Assembly: GCA_016182185.1 (NCBI GenBank)
Contig: JACOXU010000003.1
Span: 123,881-187,880, forward strand
Direction of reading: 5' to 3'
Length of the DNA: 64,000 bases
DNA from: Candidatus Levyibacteriota bacterium
GTDB taxonomy: Bacteria > Patescibacteriota > Microgenomatia > Levybacterales > UBA12049
The notes under the pieces are model-generated. The model saw only the letters and a program-made list of their open reading frames with translations, was not told the origin of the DNA and made no database searches. Made by a program: the position numbers and the translations under genes. The stretch's first letter is position 1. Every line of letters starts with the position of its first letter. Positions 9,007-17,661 of this stretch are shown here, piece by piece.

Positions 9007-10065
9007 TTATTTCTTATTTGGCAACCCAATCATTGGCAGAATTCCAGCAGCAAAAGTTAATCCTGCCCCAAAGGTTGCAAATAGAAGAATATCATTTCTT
9101 TTTATTTTTCCTTTATCCCATGCCTCTCTTAGTGCTGTCGGAATAGTTGCAGTTGAAGTATTACCGTATCTATCGATGGTAATAATTACTTTACTTTCAG
9201 GAATATTTAAAACCCCTGCAGTCTCCTTCATGATCGACAAGTTTGCTTGGTGAGGTATGAAAAGAGTTACATTCTCAATAGATAGATTTGCTTCTTCAAG
9301 AACTCTCTTACTAACCTCAGCCATTCTGACTGGGGCTTGCTCTCCGATCTCTTTTCCGTCCATGTGAAGCGTGTGCCATCCCTTTGCCATGGTTTCTATC
9401 GTGCCTGGATTTTTGCTTCCTCCTGCTCGCATGCATAGGTTCTCAGCAAATTTTCCATCAACTCCACATCTTATTACAGGCTTTATATCCATTCCGTTAT
9501 CTGGCTCAACTAAATCCGCGATGGTTGCCCCTGCACCATCGCCAAATAGAGGAAACGAAAGTCTTTCTTCTCTATTAAGAGCAGGGCTTAAGATCTCAGA
9601 ACCGATTGCTACCTGAGGTCCTCCATCCCCATAGGGACTTGAAATGTCGGAAAAGATATTTTTCAAAGCCTGGGCCCAACCGGTGCATCCCGCACTTACG
9701 TCATATCCTCGAACACTGACGGGCAAACCCATACGATCCTGAATAATAGCCGCATCTGCAACTCCGTAGTAATCAGGAGAAGAGGTTCCTACGACAATTG
9801 ATTTTAATGCCTCTTTTTCAATCCCTGCCATATCCAATGCCTGATTTAAGGCTTCGACTGCCAAATCAGAGGTTGTTTGTTCTCCCGGAATCACCCACCG
9901 TCTTTCCTGTATTCCTACTATTCTTCTCATCAGTCTATCAGTAAGGCCAGGCTTTCCTCCGATCATTGGATCTACCATTTCATTAGTTACGACTCTTTGT
10001 GGAAAAGCTGACCCCACACCAATAATTGCCGGAATTTTTTCTTTCATATTTACGCATGCTAGCAA
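9007..10065 (-). CDS. 3-oxoacyl-ACP synthase III (FabH/KAS III)-like condensing enzyme
   Basis: 352 aa; Cys-His-Asn triad contexts SAGCTGW, IPHQAN, YGNTSTATIP typical of FabH/type III PKS fold. Confidence 0.7.
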   Translation of the reverse strand: MLACVNMKEKIPAIIGVGSAFPQRVVTNEMVDPMIGGKPGLTDRLMRRIVGIQERRWVIPGEQTTSDLAVEALNQALDMAGIEKEALKSIVVGTSSPDYYGVADAAIIQDRMGLPVSVRGYDVSAGCTGWAQALKNIFSDISSPYGDGGPQVAIGSEILSPALNREERLSFPLFGDGAGATIADLVEPDNGMDIKPVIRCGVDGKFAENLCMRAGGSKNPGTIETMAKGWHTLHMDGKEIGEQAPVRMAEVSKRVLEEANLSIENVTLFIPHQANLSIMKETAGVLNIPESKVIITIDRYGNTSTATIPTALREAWDKGKIKRNDILLFATFGAGLTFAAGILPMIGLPNKK

Positions 10066-10135
10066 AGAAGTTTTTTCTTGTCAATAAATATCCAATTGAC
10101 AAACAAAAATCCTCTGTTATACTAGCGACAACATC

Positions 10136-10969
10136 ATGACAACACAGGAAAAAGAACCACGAAGTCATCATTCTTACGAAGAATTCACCAATCGCCCCTT
10201 TTATATAGCGCTCAACAAAGAGACTATGAGACTTGCTCCAAGACCAGTAAGATATGCAGTTGATATTGGGACAGGAAAAACTGCGATGATTGATCAGATG
10301 TTTGATGAGAAAAAACTAACAATTGACTTCCAAATTAGAGGCTATGACCCTGATGAAGAAGCATTGGCCGGCGACCGAATCAAATATTACCATTATAGAG
10401 ATAAGATTCTTTTTATTGAAGCCTGGGCAGAAAACATTCCCTTACAAGATAGATGGTCTGAGCTGACAGTTTGCGCAAATGCTATTCATTTAACAGAGGT
10501 ACCAAAGACAATCAAGGAATTTGCAAGAATTACAGACGATGAAGGAACTCTTCTTATAAATACTGCGTACACACGCGACCATGCATATCCTGAAGCGTCA
10601 GAAGCCTCATGGGGAGCATTAGTTGTCAATGCAAGAATCGCCGCACGAAAGACTCACGGAATAACTGATATTCCCAAGCCTGTTCAGCTTCAAACTTATA
10701 AGCTTGAAGATTATGAAGCTATGCTAAAGGACGCTGGATTTGTTGTTGAAAAAGCCTATCCCAAGGTAGTACACATGAATCGGGAAGATCTGGAAGCAAT
10801 TTGCCATTATGATGAATTTGCCAAGGGCGCACTTCCTGGCGTAGAACTTGAGCTTGCCAAAGAATTACTTGTTGATGCAATTAAACCGACTCTGGAAAGA
10901 AGAGGTTCCGACAGTTTACCCCGAGGATGGGGTATCATAAAAGCTACAAGACTTCCTAGAGCTGCGTGA
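10136..10969 (+). CDS. putative class I SAM-dependent methyltransferase
   Basis: 277 aa; motif I-like AVDIGTGKTA, acidic post-I GYDPDEEAL, motif II-like ELTVCANAIHL; weak. Confidence 0.4.
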   Translation: MTTQEKEPRSHHSYEEFTNRPFYIALNKETMRLAPRPVRYAVDIGTGKTAMIDQMFDEKKLTIDFQIRGYDPDEEALAGDRIKYYHYRDKILFIEAWAENIPLQDRWSELTVCANAIHLTEVPKTIKEFARITDDEGTLLINTAYTRDHAYPEASEASWGALVVNARIAARKTHGITDIPKPVQLQTYKLEDYEAMLKDAGFVVEKAYPKVVHMNREDLEAICHYDEFAKGALPGVELELAKELLVDAIKPTLERRGSDSLPRGWGIIKATRLPRAA

Positions 10970-10971
10970 TT

Positions 10972-12294
10972 TTACGGTAGAGAAAATTTACTACAGAGTG
11001 TTTTTACCTCTTCTTTAATTTCCAATAATTTTTTATTCTTCTCAACCCTTTTTTTGAAATCTTTCCAGAATTCGCTTCTTTTGGCTTTATCCAAAGGTAA
11101 AACCTCACTGGAAATCTCATTTATTACATCATTTATCCATTTGGCAATTTGCACCATTTCTTTCTCTTTTATGCCCCGAGTCGTGATAGCAGGAGTTCCC
11201 AATCGAATTCCTGAAGGATAAAATGGAGGCATGGGATCGTTGGGAACTGCATTCTTATTCACTACGATTCCTGCTACTTCCAAGGCATAAGCCGCCAAAG
11301 CGCCATTAATTTTCTTATTAGCAAGATCAATCAAAAGTAAATGGTTGTCTGTCCCGCCGCTTACAAGGTTGAACCTCGATTTGGTCAATTCCTCAGCCAA
11401 AACTTTCGCATTTTTAACAACCTGCTCTGAGTATTTTTTAAATTCCAGCTTACTTGCCTCAAGTAAAGAAACTGCAATTGCGGCTGTTTGGTTATCATGC
11501 GGTCCTCCCTGCAAGCCCGGAAAAACTGCTTTATCAATTTTACCTGCTAGCTCCGGGTCTTTTTTTAGTCCTTTTTCTGTCACCATAATCATGGCACCTC
11601 TTGGCCCCCTTAATGTCTTATGGGTTGTTGTCATGACGATATGAACATAAGGAATTGGGCTTGGATGAGTCCCTCCAATAATCAATCCCGCTATATGAGA
11701 TACGTCAGCTAGTAGATACGCTTCGACTTTATCTGCAATTTCTCCAAATCTTTTGAAATCTATAATTCGGGGATATGCCGTGGCTCCGCATACTATTATA
11801 TTGGGTCTTTCCTTCAAAGCTAGTTTTTCTACTTCGTCGTAATTAATCAGGCCGTTCTTGTCAAGATTATAAGGGATAATTTTAAAGTACTTTCCGGAAA
11901 ATGAAACGGGAGATCCGTGCGTTAAATGCCCTCCGAATGCAAGAGATAATCCTAAAATTTTGCTTTTAAAAGGCTCCAAAAGAGCAAAATATACGGCTGT
12001 ATTTGCCGGAGATCCGGAATATGGCTGCACATTTACATGCGGAACACCGAATAATTTTTTTGCTCTTTCTTGCGCTAAAATCTCTATATCGTCGATCAAA
12101 GTGTTTCCCTGATAATATCTTTTCTTCGGATAACCCTCTGAATATTTATTATTAAGAACTGATCCAAGAACTTCAAGCACGGCTTTTGAAGCGTAGTTTT
12201 CCGATGGAATCATCTCCAAAACATCTTCCTGCCTTTTTTCCTCTTCTTTTACTAATTTGTAAATTTGCGGATCAACCGCTTTTAAATTCTTCAT
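10972..12294 (-). CDS. glyA: serine hydroxymethyltransferase
   Basis: 440 aa; PLP-lysine motif VMTTTHKTLRGPRG, full-length SHMT. Confidence 0.9.
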   Translation of the reverse strand: MKNLKAVDPQIYKLVKEEEKRQEDVLEMIPSENYASKAVLEVLGSVLNNKYSEGYPKKRYYQGNTLIDDIEILAQERAKKLFGVPHVNVQPYSGSPANTAVYFALLEPFKSKILGLSLAFGGHLTHGSPVSFSGKYFKIIPYNLDKNGLINYDEVEKLALKERPNIIVCGATAYPRIIDFKRFGEIADKVEAYLLADVSHIAGLIIGGTHPSPIPYVHIVMTTTHKTLRGPRGAMIMVTEKGLKKDPELAGKIDKAVFPGLQGGPHDNQTAAIAVSLLEASKLEFKKYSEQVVKNAKVLAEELTKSRFNLVSGGTDNHLLLIDLANKKINGALAAYALEVAGIVVNKNAVPNDPMPPFYPSGIRLGTPAITTRGIKEKEMVQIAKWINDVINEISSEVLPLDKAKRSEFWKDFKKRVEKNKKLLEIKEEVKTLCSKFSLP

Positions 12295-12320
12295 ACTATC
12301 TTTACTGTAATGCGGAGAGC

Positions 12321-12412
12321 TTACAAAATTTTCTCAGCGAGCTTTTGCGCCATCAGTCAGCTTGTCAGGTAATAACTTACTCGCACTGCGAACGAGAAAA
12401 TTTTCGTAAGCG
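12321..12412 (-). ncRNA. structured intercistronic element between folA and glyA (long-range 17-bp stem)
   Basis: GCTTACAAAATTTTCTC ... GAGAAAATTTTCGTAAGC arms enclosing about 55 nt with internal GCGAG/CTCGC pairing. Confidence 0.3.
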
Positions 12413-12422
12413 ACCTCAGCAT

Positions 12423-12935
12423 TTATTTTTCTAGGTCAATAAATCTGAATTTTATTCCCTCTGATTCTCCAAATTCTTCTTTCATCAACCTTTTAAATTC
12501 TGAATAATCCGGAAAAAATGTATCAGCCCCAAAATCCCCCTCTACTATTGTTAAGTATAGCTTATCTACAAGCCCCTTTTCTATGGCCTCTCTGAAAATT
12601 TCTCCTCCTCCGAATATAAAAATTTCTTCGGATCCCGGACTTTGCTTTGCTTTTTCAATGCCTGCAATAAGATCTCGAGCGATCGTAACTTCAGGGGAAT
12701 AAAAACTTACGCTTCTAACCCGTTCAGGATCTCTGGTAATCACGATACTCGTTCTTTCAGGCAATACTCTTCCGATAGATTCAAATGTTTTCCTGCCCAT
12801 TACAAGCGGGTGGCCGCGGGTGAGTCGCCTCATCCTTTCAAAGTCCTGGGGAATGCGAAAAAGAAGATCATTATTCTTCCCTATCCCTCTTTTTTCATCC
12901 ATCGCCGCAACAATACTAACTAAATTTTCTTTCAT
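12423..12935 (-). CDS. folA: dihydrofolate reductase
   Basis: 170 aa; N-terminal IVAAMDEKRGIGKNNDLLFRIPQDF and GRKTFESIG motifs of DHFR. Confidence 0.85.
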   Translation of the reverse strand: MKENLVSIVAAMDEKRGIGKNNDLLFRIPQDFERMRRLTRGHPLVMGRKTFESIGRVLPERTSIVITRDPERVRSVSFYSPEVTIARDLIAGIEKAKQSPGSEEIFIFGGGEIFREAIEKGLVDKLYLTIVEGDFGADTFFPDYSEFKRLMKEEFGESEGIKFRFIDLEK

Positions 12936-13348
12936 AACTTCAATCCTTTTTTTACCACATCTTCTGTATTCTTCAGGAGATTATAGTTCTTTAAGCTCCC
13001 TATCTCAACCCATTCCGGAATCGTCTCTTCTGCTTTCTTAATTTCGCCTTTGAATACCCGGCAGAAAAATACCCTCCAGGAATATGTTTTTATCCCATCT
13101 TTTCTTTCAAGATCTGTGATATATAGATTTCCGGGAAAATCCAAAAGATTATCAATTGTCGTTTGAAGCCCAGTCTCTTCTTCTAATTCTCTTTTGGCTG
13201 CCTCGATTTCGTCTTCCCCTAGATCTAATCTTCCACCCGGCAGGCCGTAAATCCCAGTCAGGTGCCCTGCTTTTTCAGTATGTTTTACAAGTAAAACTTT
13301 TCCGTTTTTAATGATCAAAACCGCAACACTTGGAATTATTTCTGTCAT
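12932..13348 (-). CDS. NUDIX hydrolase
   Basis: 138 aa; Nudix box GGRLDLGEDEIEAAKRELEEETGL; 4-nt overlap with folA. Confidence 0.75.
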   Translation of the reverse strand: MTEIIPSVAVLIIKNGKVLLVKHTEKAGHLTGIYGLPGGRLDLGEDEIEAAKRELEEETGLQTTIDNLLDFPGNLYITDLERKDGIKTYSWRVFFCRVFKGEIKKAEETIPEWVEIGSLKNYNLLKNTEDVVKKGLKL

Positions 13349-13372
13349 TTATTAAAATATTAATTGCTGGAT

Positions 13373-13400
13373 TATAGTGATGTATCAATACATCACTATA
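13373..13400. promoter_or_regulatory. 28-bp perfect inverted repeat TATAGTGATGTAT-CA-ATACATCACTATA (putative operator)
   Basis: 13-bp arms, 2-bp spacer between trpR-like gene end and NUDIX/folA start; related split copy at about 13801..13853 upstream of the trpR-like gene. Confidence 0.5.
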
Positions 13401-13402
13401 AA

Positions 13403-13837
13403 TTAACCAAACCATCTTTTTACAAATTTTGAACTGTGAAGATATCTATCTTTAAATACCTTTCTCTCCTTATTTATTTCCTTTTCTGTTCTCTTTAATG
13501 CTAAAACAATTCCTCCTTCGCCTTCTTCGATTATTTTTTTTATTTTCGAAACAGTTTGAGTGCTTGTTTTTGATTTGGATGCGACAGTTCTTAAATCTAA
13601 ACCTTTTACCAAAAGGCTTGCTATGTGCCATCTCCTTTTAAGCATCCTAAGCTCGGATTTTGTAAGAATATCTTTCAAAAACTTTTTGATCTCCTCTGTA
13701 TTTTTTAAAGAATTGACAATTTCGTAAAGAAAATGAATTTCTTTGAAATATTCTTTATTTTGAACTTCTTCTTTTGGTTTTGACATATTAATTAAGAATT
13801 GTAGTCCTAAATTATCAAATTTGTTTCCATGTATCAA
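13403..13837 (-). CDS. TrpR/YerC-YecD-like HTH DNA-binding protein
   Basis: 144 aa; SELRMLKRRWHIASLL...GLDLRTVASKSKTSTQTVSKI resembles Trp-repressor-like YerC family; flanked by 28-bp palindromes. Confidence 0.5.
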   Translation of the reverse strand: MIHGNKFDNLGLQFLINMSKPKEEVQNKEYFKEIHFLYEIVNSLKNTEEIKKFLKDILTKSELRMLKRRWHIASLLVKGLDLRTVASKSKTSTQTVSKIKKIIEEGEGGIVLALKRTEKEINKERKVFKDRYLHSSKFVKRWFG

Positions 13838-13941
13838 TACATCACTACAATATCAAAATAAAACAAAGTATGGTAATTTCCAATTTCAATATGTAGGAAA
13901 CATCAAAAATAATTCGTAAAGACTTTTAAAAAGAGGGGTCT

Positions 13942-14925
13942 TTAAAATCCTCCCACCACTGTGACTTCTCCTCTAATCGGTGGCCAGGGATTATAATTTT
14001 CCAGTGTAAAATCTTCGTATTTTATATCATCGATATCTTTGAGTTTGGGATTTATTTTCATCCTCGGGAAAGGACGCGGTTTTCTTTTGAGCTGCTCTTT
14101 TACCTGTTCAAAATGATTGCTATAAATATGCGCATCTCCAAAAGTGTGAACAAAATCCCCTGCTGGATAACCAGTCAGATGAGCAAAAATCATGGTGAAA
14201 AGCGCGTAGCTTGCGATGTTAAAGGGAACTCCCAGAAAAAGATCAGCGCTTCTTTGATAAAGCTGGCATGAGAGCTTTCCGTTTATGACATTGAATTGAA
14301 AGAGTGTATGACAAGGCGGAAGAGCAACCGACTTTCCCTTGCCTGCCATCTCGTAGACAAATTCAGGATTCCAGGCAGAAATAACAATATGTCTTCTTTC
14401 CGGTGTTTTTTTGATCTTTTCAATCGCCCATTTCACCTGGTCAATTTTCCGTCCGTCTGATGCCGGCCATCTTCTCCACTGAACCCCATAAACCGGCCCC
14501 AATTCTCCAAATTTTTCCGCAAACTTTTTGTCATTTTTAACTCTTTCTATGTACTCGTCCTGGCTTAGCATTTTTTTATTTTTAATATTTTTTTTGTGTT
14601 TTTTATTTTTTATATTTAATTTTTTATTTTCAAACGATTCTTTATATCGTTTGAAACCCCAATCATCCCAGATATGAACACCATTATCCACCAGATATTT
14701 AATATTTGAATCGCCCCTGAGAAACCAGATCAGCTCATGCAGAATTCCGCGCAAGAATACTTTTTTGGTTGTAAGAAGAGGAAGTCCTCGAGAAAGATCG
14801 AAGCGTATCTGCCGACCAAACACGCTTTTAAACATGATGCCCGAATTAAACTCGTGCTTCTCGAATCCATTCTCCATAACGTCTTTTAATAAATTCAAAT
14901 ACTGATATTCTTCACTTCGTTTCAT
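13942..14925 (-). CDS. thyA: thymidylate synthase ThyA with lysine-rich insertion
   Basis: 327 aa; catalytic [21 protein letters not shown] (Asn specificity residue kept), about 45 aa K-rich insert. Confidence 0.9.
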   Translation of the reverse strand: MKRSEEYQYLNLLKDVMENGFEKHEFNSGIMFKSVFGRQIRFDLSRGLPLLTTKKVFLRGILHELIWFLRGDSNIKYLVDNGVHIWDDWGFKRYKESFENKKLNIKNKKHKKNIKNKKMLSQDEYIERVKNDKKFAEKFGELGPVYGVQWRRWPASDGRKIDQVKWAIEKIKKTPERRHIVISAWNPEFVYEMAGKGKSVALPPCHTLFQFNVINGKLSCQLYQRSADLFLGVPFNIASYALFTMIFAHLTGYPAGDFVHTFGDAHIYSNHFEQVKEQLKRKPRPFPRMKINPKLKDIDDIKYEDFTLENYNPWPPIRGEVTVVGGF

Positions 14926-14982
14926 ATTAAAAATTAAATATTAAATAGTAAATATTTTATTTTTTATATTTAATATTCTATA

Positions 14983-15516
14983 TTACACTTGCCGTTCCTT
15001 GCGCCGAGTCGTGACTCTTCCTCCCTGCCATTGGCCGCGGTATTTGCTTCCTCCACCCCTTACTTCATGGAATATTACATGCACAAATCTTGCTCCCATT
15101 TCTATCTCAACACTCACCGGCCCTTCGTTCTTAAGACCAAATGTAAGTTCTCCTTGATATCCGGGTTGTATCGGTCCGGTTCTGATAAAAACTCCCGAGC
15201 GAAAAGTCGTAGTTCTGGGAATTATAACCGCAGATAAATTAATGGGAAGATTTATTTTCTCAATTGTCTTGACCAGATAAAAATCTCCGGGTTTTATTTT
15301 GATTTTTTTATCTTTTCCGATTTTTGCTACAGTTTTTACCTCGGGTGTTTTTCTGTGCGTTTCTCCGAGGAGCGCCTCGCCTGAGATTTTGTAAACCTCA
15401 CCCAATCTTAAATCAAATCCTGCTCCTTCAGGATTCTTTAATTCTCTTCCTGATAAACCTTCTACCAGTTTTTTTGTTTTTACTAATTCTAAAAGTTTCT
15501 TTGGTCCAAGAATCAT
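14983..15516 (-). CDS. dUTPase/dCTP deaminase family protein (likely dUTPase role)
   Basis: 177 aa; motif GPIQPGYQGELTFGLKN typical of Dut/Dcd beta-clip fold. Confidence 0.6.
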   Translation of the reverse strand: MILGPKKLLELVKTKKLVEGLSGRELKNPEGAGFDLRLGEVYKISGEALLGETHRKTPEVKTVAKIGKDKKIKIKPGDFYLVKTIEKINLPINLSAVIIPRTTTFRSGVFIRTGPIQPGYQGELTFGLKNEGPVSVEIEMGARFVHVIFHEVRGGGSKYRGQWQGGRVTTRRKERQV

Positions 15517-15523
15517 AATATTC

Positions 15524-16204
15524 TTAATTCTTAAATCTTAAATCGTAAATCTTGATTATATCGGCAGTCACTTTCTCGACTGATTGTTCTCCATTTATTG
15601 TAATAATTTCATTGCTAAACTTTTTTGCGAGCCAGTCATATCCTTCCTTTATTTTCTTAAGTTTTTCCAAAGTTTCATAATATTCCTGTTTCTTATCCAT
15701 CTTTGCCAGTCTTTTTACTGCCGCCTCTTCTGAGATTTTAATGTAAAAAGTAAAATCCGGAATTATAAACTGATGATACATTGACAAAATACTTTGAGCC
15801 ACAAGGAGTATCTCGCTACCATTTAATTTATCTGACTTATCCAAAATCCCATAGGCAACTGATGACCAGAAACATCTATCAGTAATAATTATTTTTCCTT
15901 GTTCCAAAAACGGTTCAATAGTTGTCTTTGAGTGTACTTCCCGATCCGCTGCAAACAAATACTGAAAAGAGGAAGCAGGAAGTTTTATATTGCCCTGAAT
16001 AACATTATGAATAAGATCGCCGATTGGAGGTTTTCTGGTGGGCTCATGTGTTAATAAAACTTTTTTCCTTTTTTCTTCAAAATACTCTTTTAATTTTTCT
16101 GCCTGGGTTGACTTGCCGCTTCCGTCAATTCCTTCAACTGCAATATATCTACCTTTATACGGATTTCTTCTAAAATCTATATCGAACGAAACATGGTACT
16201 TCAT
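15524..16204 (-). CDS. tmk: thymidylate kinase
   Basis: 226 aa; P-loop IAVEGIDGSGKSTQ. Confidence 0.85.
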   Translation of the reverse strand: MKYHVSFDIDFRRNPYKGRYIAVEGIDGSGKSTQAEKLKEYFEEKRKKVLLTHEPTRKPPIGDLIHNVIQGNIKLPASSFQYLFAADREVHSKTTIEPFLEQGKIIITDRCFWSSVAYGILDKSDKLNGSEILLVAQSILSMYHQFIIPDFTFYIKISEEAAVKRLAKMDKKQEYYETLEKLKKIKEGYDWLAKKFSNEIITINGEQSVEKVTADIIKIYDLRFKN

Positions 16205-16348
16205 AAATTAAATTCTAAACTCAAAGCATCAAATCACAAATAATATCCAATTTCCAATACTCAAAATTCAAAATTGTTTTGGATATTAGAATTTTATATT
16301 TGTAATTTATTTGAAATTTGTAATTCTGGATTTAGAATTTAAGCAAGA

Positions 16349-16918
16349 TTATCTTTCTTCGTGAATTTTGCTTTCATCCGGTCCTTTTTGACCAACATAC
16401 TTCGCACTTTTCTTTTTGTAATAAGGAATTTCAGCTGGGGTAGAAAGTTGTTCAAAAGAGACGCTACAGATTCTCATTCCGGGGTAAAGTGCAACGGGCA
16501 TTTTGCCCATATTAGCAAGCTCAAGCGTAATGTGCCCTCGAAAACCGCATTCGATATGGGCCGCAGTTGAATGCACAACAACACCGAGCCTTCCAATGCT
16601 TGATCGTCCTTCAAGCCTCCCGGTCAGATCGTCCGGCACTTCGACATATTCAACTGTTGCACCCAAAACAAAATCCCCGGGCTGAATTATAAACGGCTGT
16701 CCATCTTTAACGCGGAATTCCTTGGTGATTTCTTCTCTTACCTCTTTCTTGAACGGATCCACATATGCATGGCGAGAATGTTCAAATACTCGAAATGAAT
16801 ACCCTAAGCGAAAATCTATCGAACACGCGCCAAGCTGGGTTGAAAAATCAGGGACAGGTTTTATCACAATTTTTTTAGACTTAATCGCCTTTTTAAGATC
16901 TCTGTCCGATAGCACCAT
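16349..16918 (-). CDS. dcd: dCTP deaminase
   Basis: ORF track gives 16349..16987; homology to Dcd begins at internal Met (MVLSDRDLKKAI vs MRLCDRDIEAWL), so start placed at 16918; palindrome ATCGCGTCTGACGCGAT lies just upstream. Confidence 0.75.
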   Translation of the reverse strand: MVLSDRDLKKAIKSKKIVIKPVPDFSTQLGACSIDFRLGYSFRVFEHSRHAYVDPFKKEVREEITKEFRVKDGQPFIIQPGDFVLGATVEYVEVPDDLTGRLEGRSSIGRLGVVVHSTAAHIECGFRGHITLELANMGKMPVALYPGMRICSVSFEQLSTPAEIPYYKKKSAKYVGQKGPDESKIHEER

Positions 16919-17073
16919 ATTAAAATTTAATTTTAAAGATGGAATCGCGTCTGACGCGATAAAACCATAGCAAAAGTTTAACATCAAAAAAGGAAATTTA
17001 AAAGTAGTAAATTAACCATCTCTTGACAATTAATTAAATTTACTTTACTGTTTTTATAGAACTTATTTAAATA

Positions 17074-17610
17074 ATGGCAAAAGTAAAATCAGGTCATGGA
17101 AGATTAATTGCGCTTTTTGTTTTATTTGTGATACTTGCGGCAATTCCCCTGACTGTTAAGATATCTCAGGAACAACAGGAAATCCGCCAGCGTGCGGCAT
17201 ATGTTATTCCAACACCAGCTCCCAGATCATCTCCTCCCTGTTTTGTTCCCCAAGCAGTTCTTGACAAGCTGAAAAGATCGATGAATATAATTTCTCAAAA
17301 TTATGGCTATGGTGATGTAGACCAAGATGGAAGTATAACAACAAAGGATGCCCTACTGATTTTAAGATATGTAGCCAAGGCGACTACTCTTTCTCCTCTT
17401 CAGATAGAAGTAGCAGATGTGGATGGAGCACCGAATCTTTTATCATATGCCTCAAACGTTACCGCAGTTGATTCCCTTTTGATACAAAGATATATCGCTA
17501 GACTTCCTCTTCCTGACGGAAGATACAGTTTTCCGGTCTGTCCCAAACCGACGCCAACTCCTGCCCCTCTTATTTCTCCTTGGTCAGTTACTCCGATTCC
17601 TACTAATTAA
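17074..17610 (+). CDS. membrane-anchored dockerin-like repeat protein
   Basis: 178 aa; TM then SQEQQEIRQRAA motif shared with next gene; Ca-binding dockerin-like segment GDVDQDGSITTKDALLILRYV ... VDSLLIQRYI. Confidence 0.5.
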   Translation: MAKVKSGHGRLIALFVLFVILAAIPLTVKISQEQQEIRQRAAYVIPTPAPRSSPPCFVPQAVLDKLKRSMNIISQNYGYGDVDQDGSITTKDALLILRYVAKATTLSPLQIEVADVDGAPNLLSYASNVTAVDSLLIQRYIARLPLPDGRYSFPVCPKPTPTPAPLISPWSVTPIPTN

Positions 17611-17661
17611 TGTCTTTTTTACTATTGACAAAGCATCTTTAACTATTCTATTCTTGTATTA

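Noticed and set aside
12295-12422. ZTP or THF riboswitch upstream of glyA
   Set aside because: The conserved ZTP (pfl) and THF sequence blocks are not recognisable. Only a generic long stem is seen, so it is reported as an unclassified structured element.
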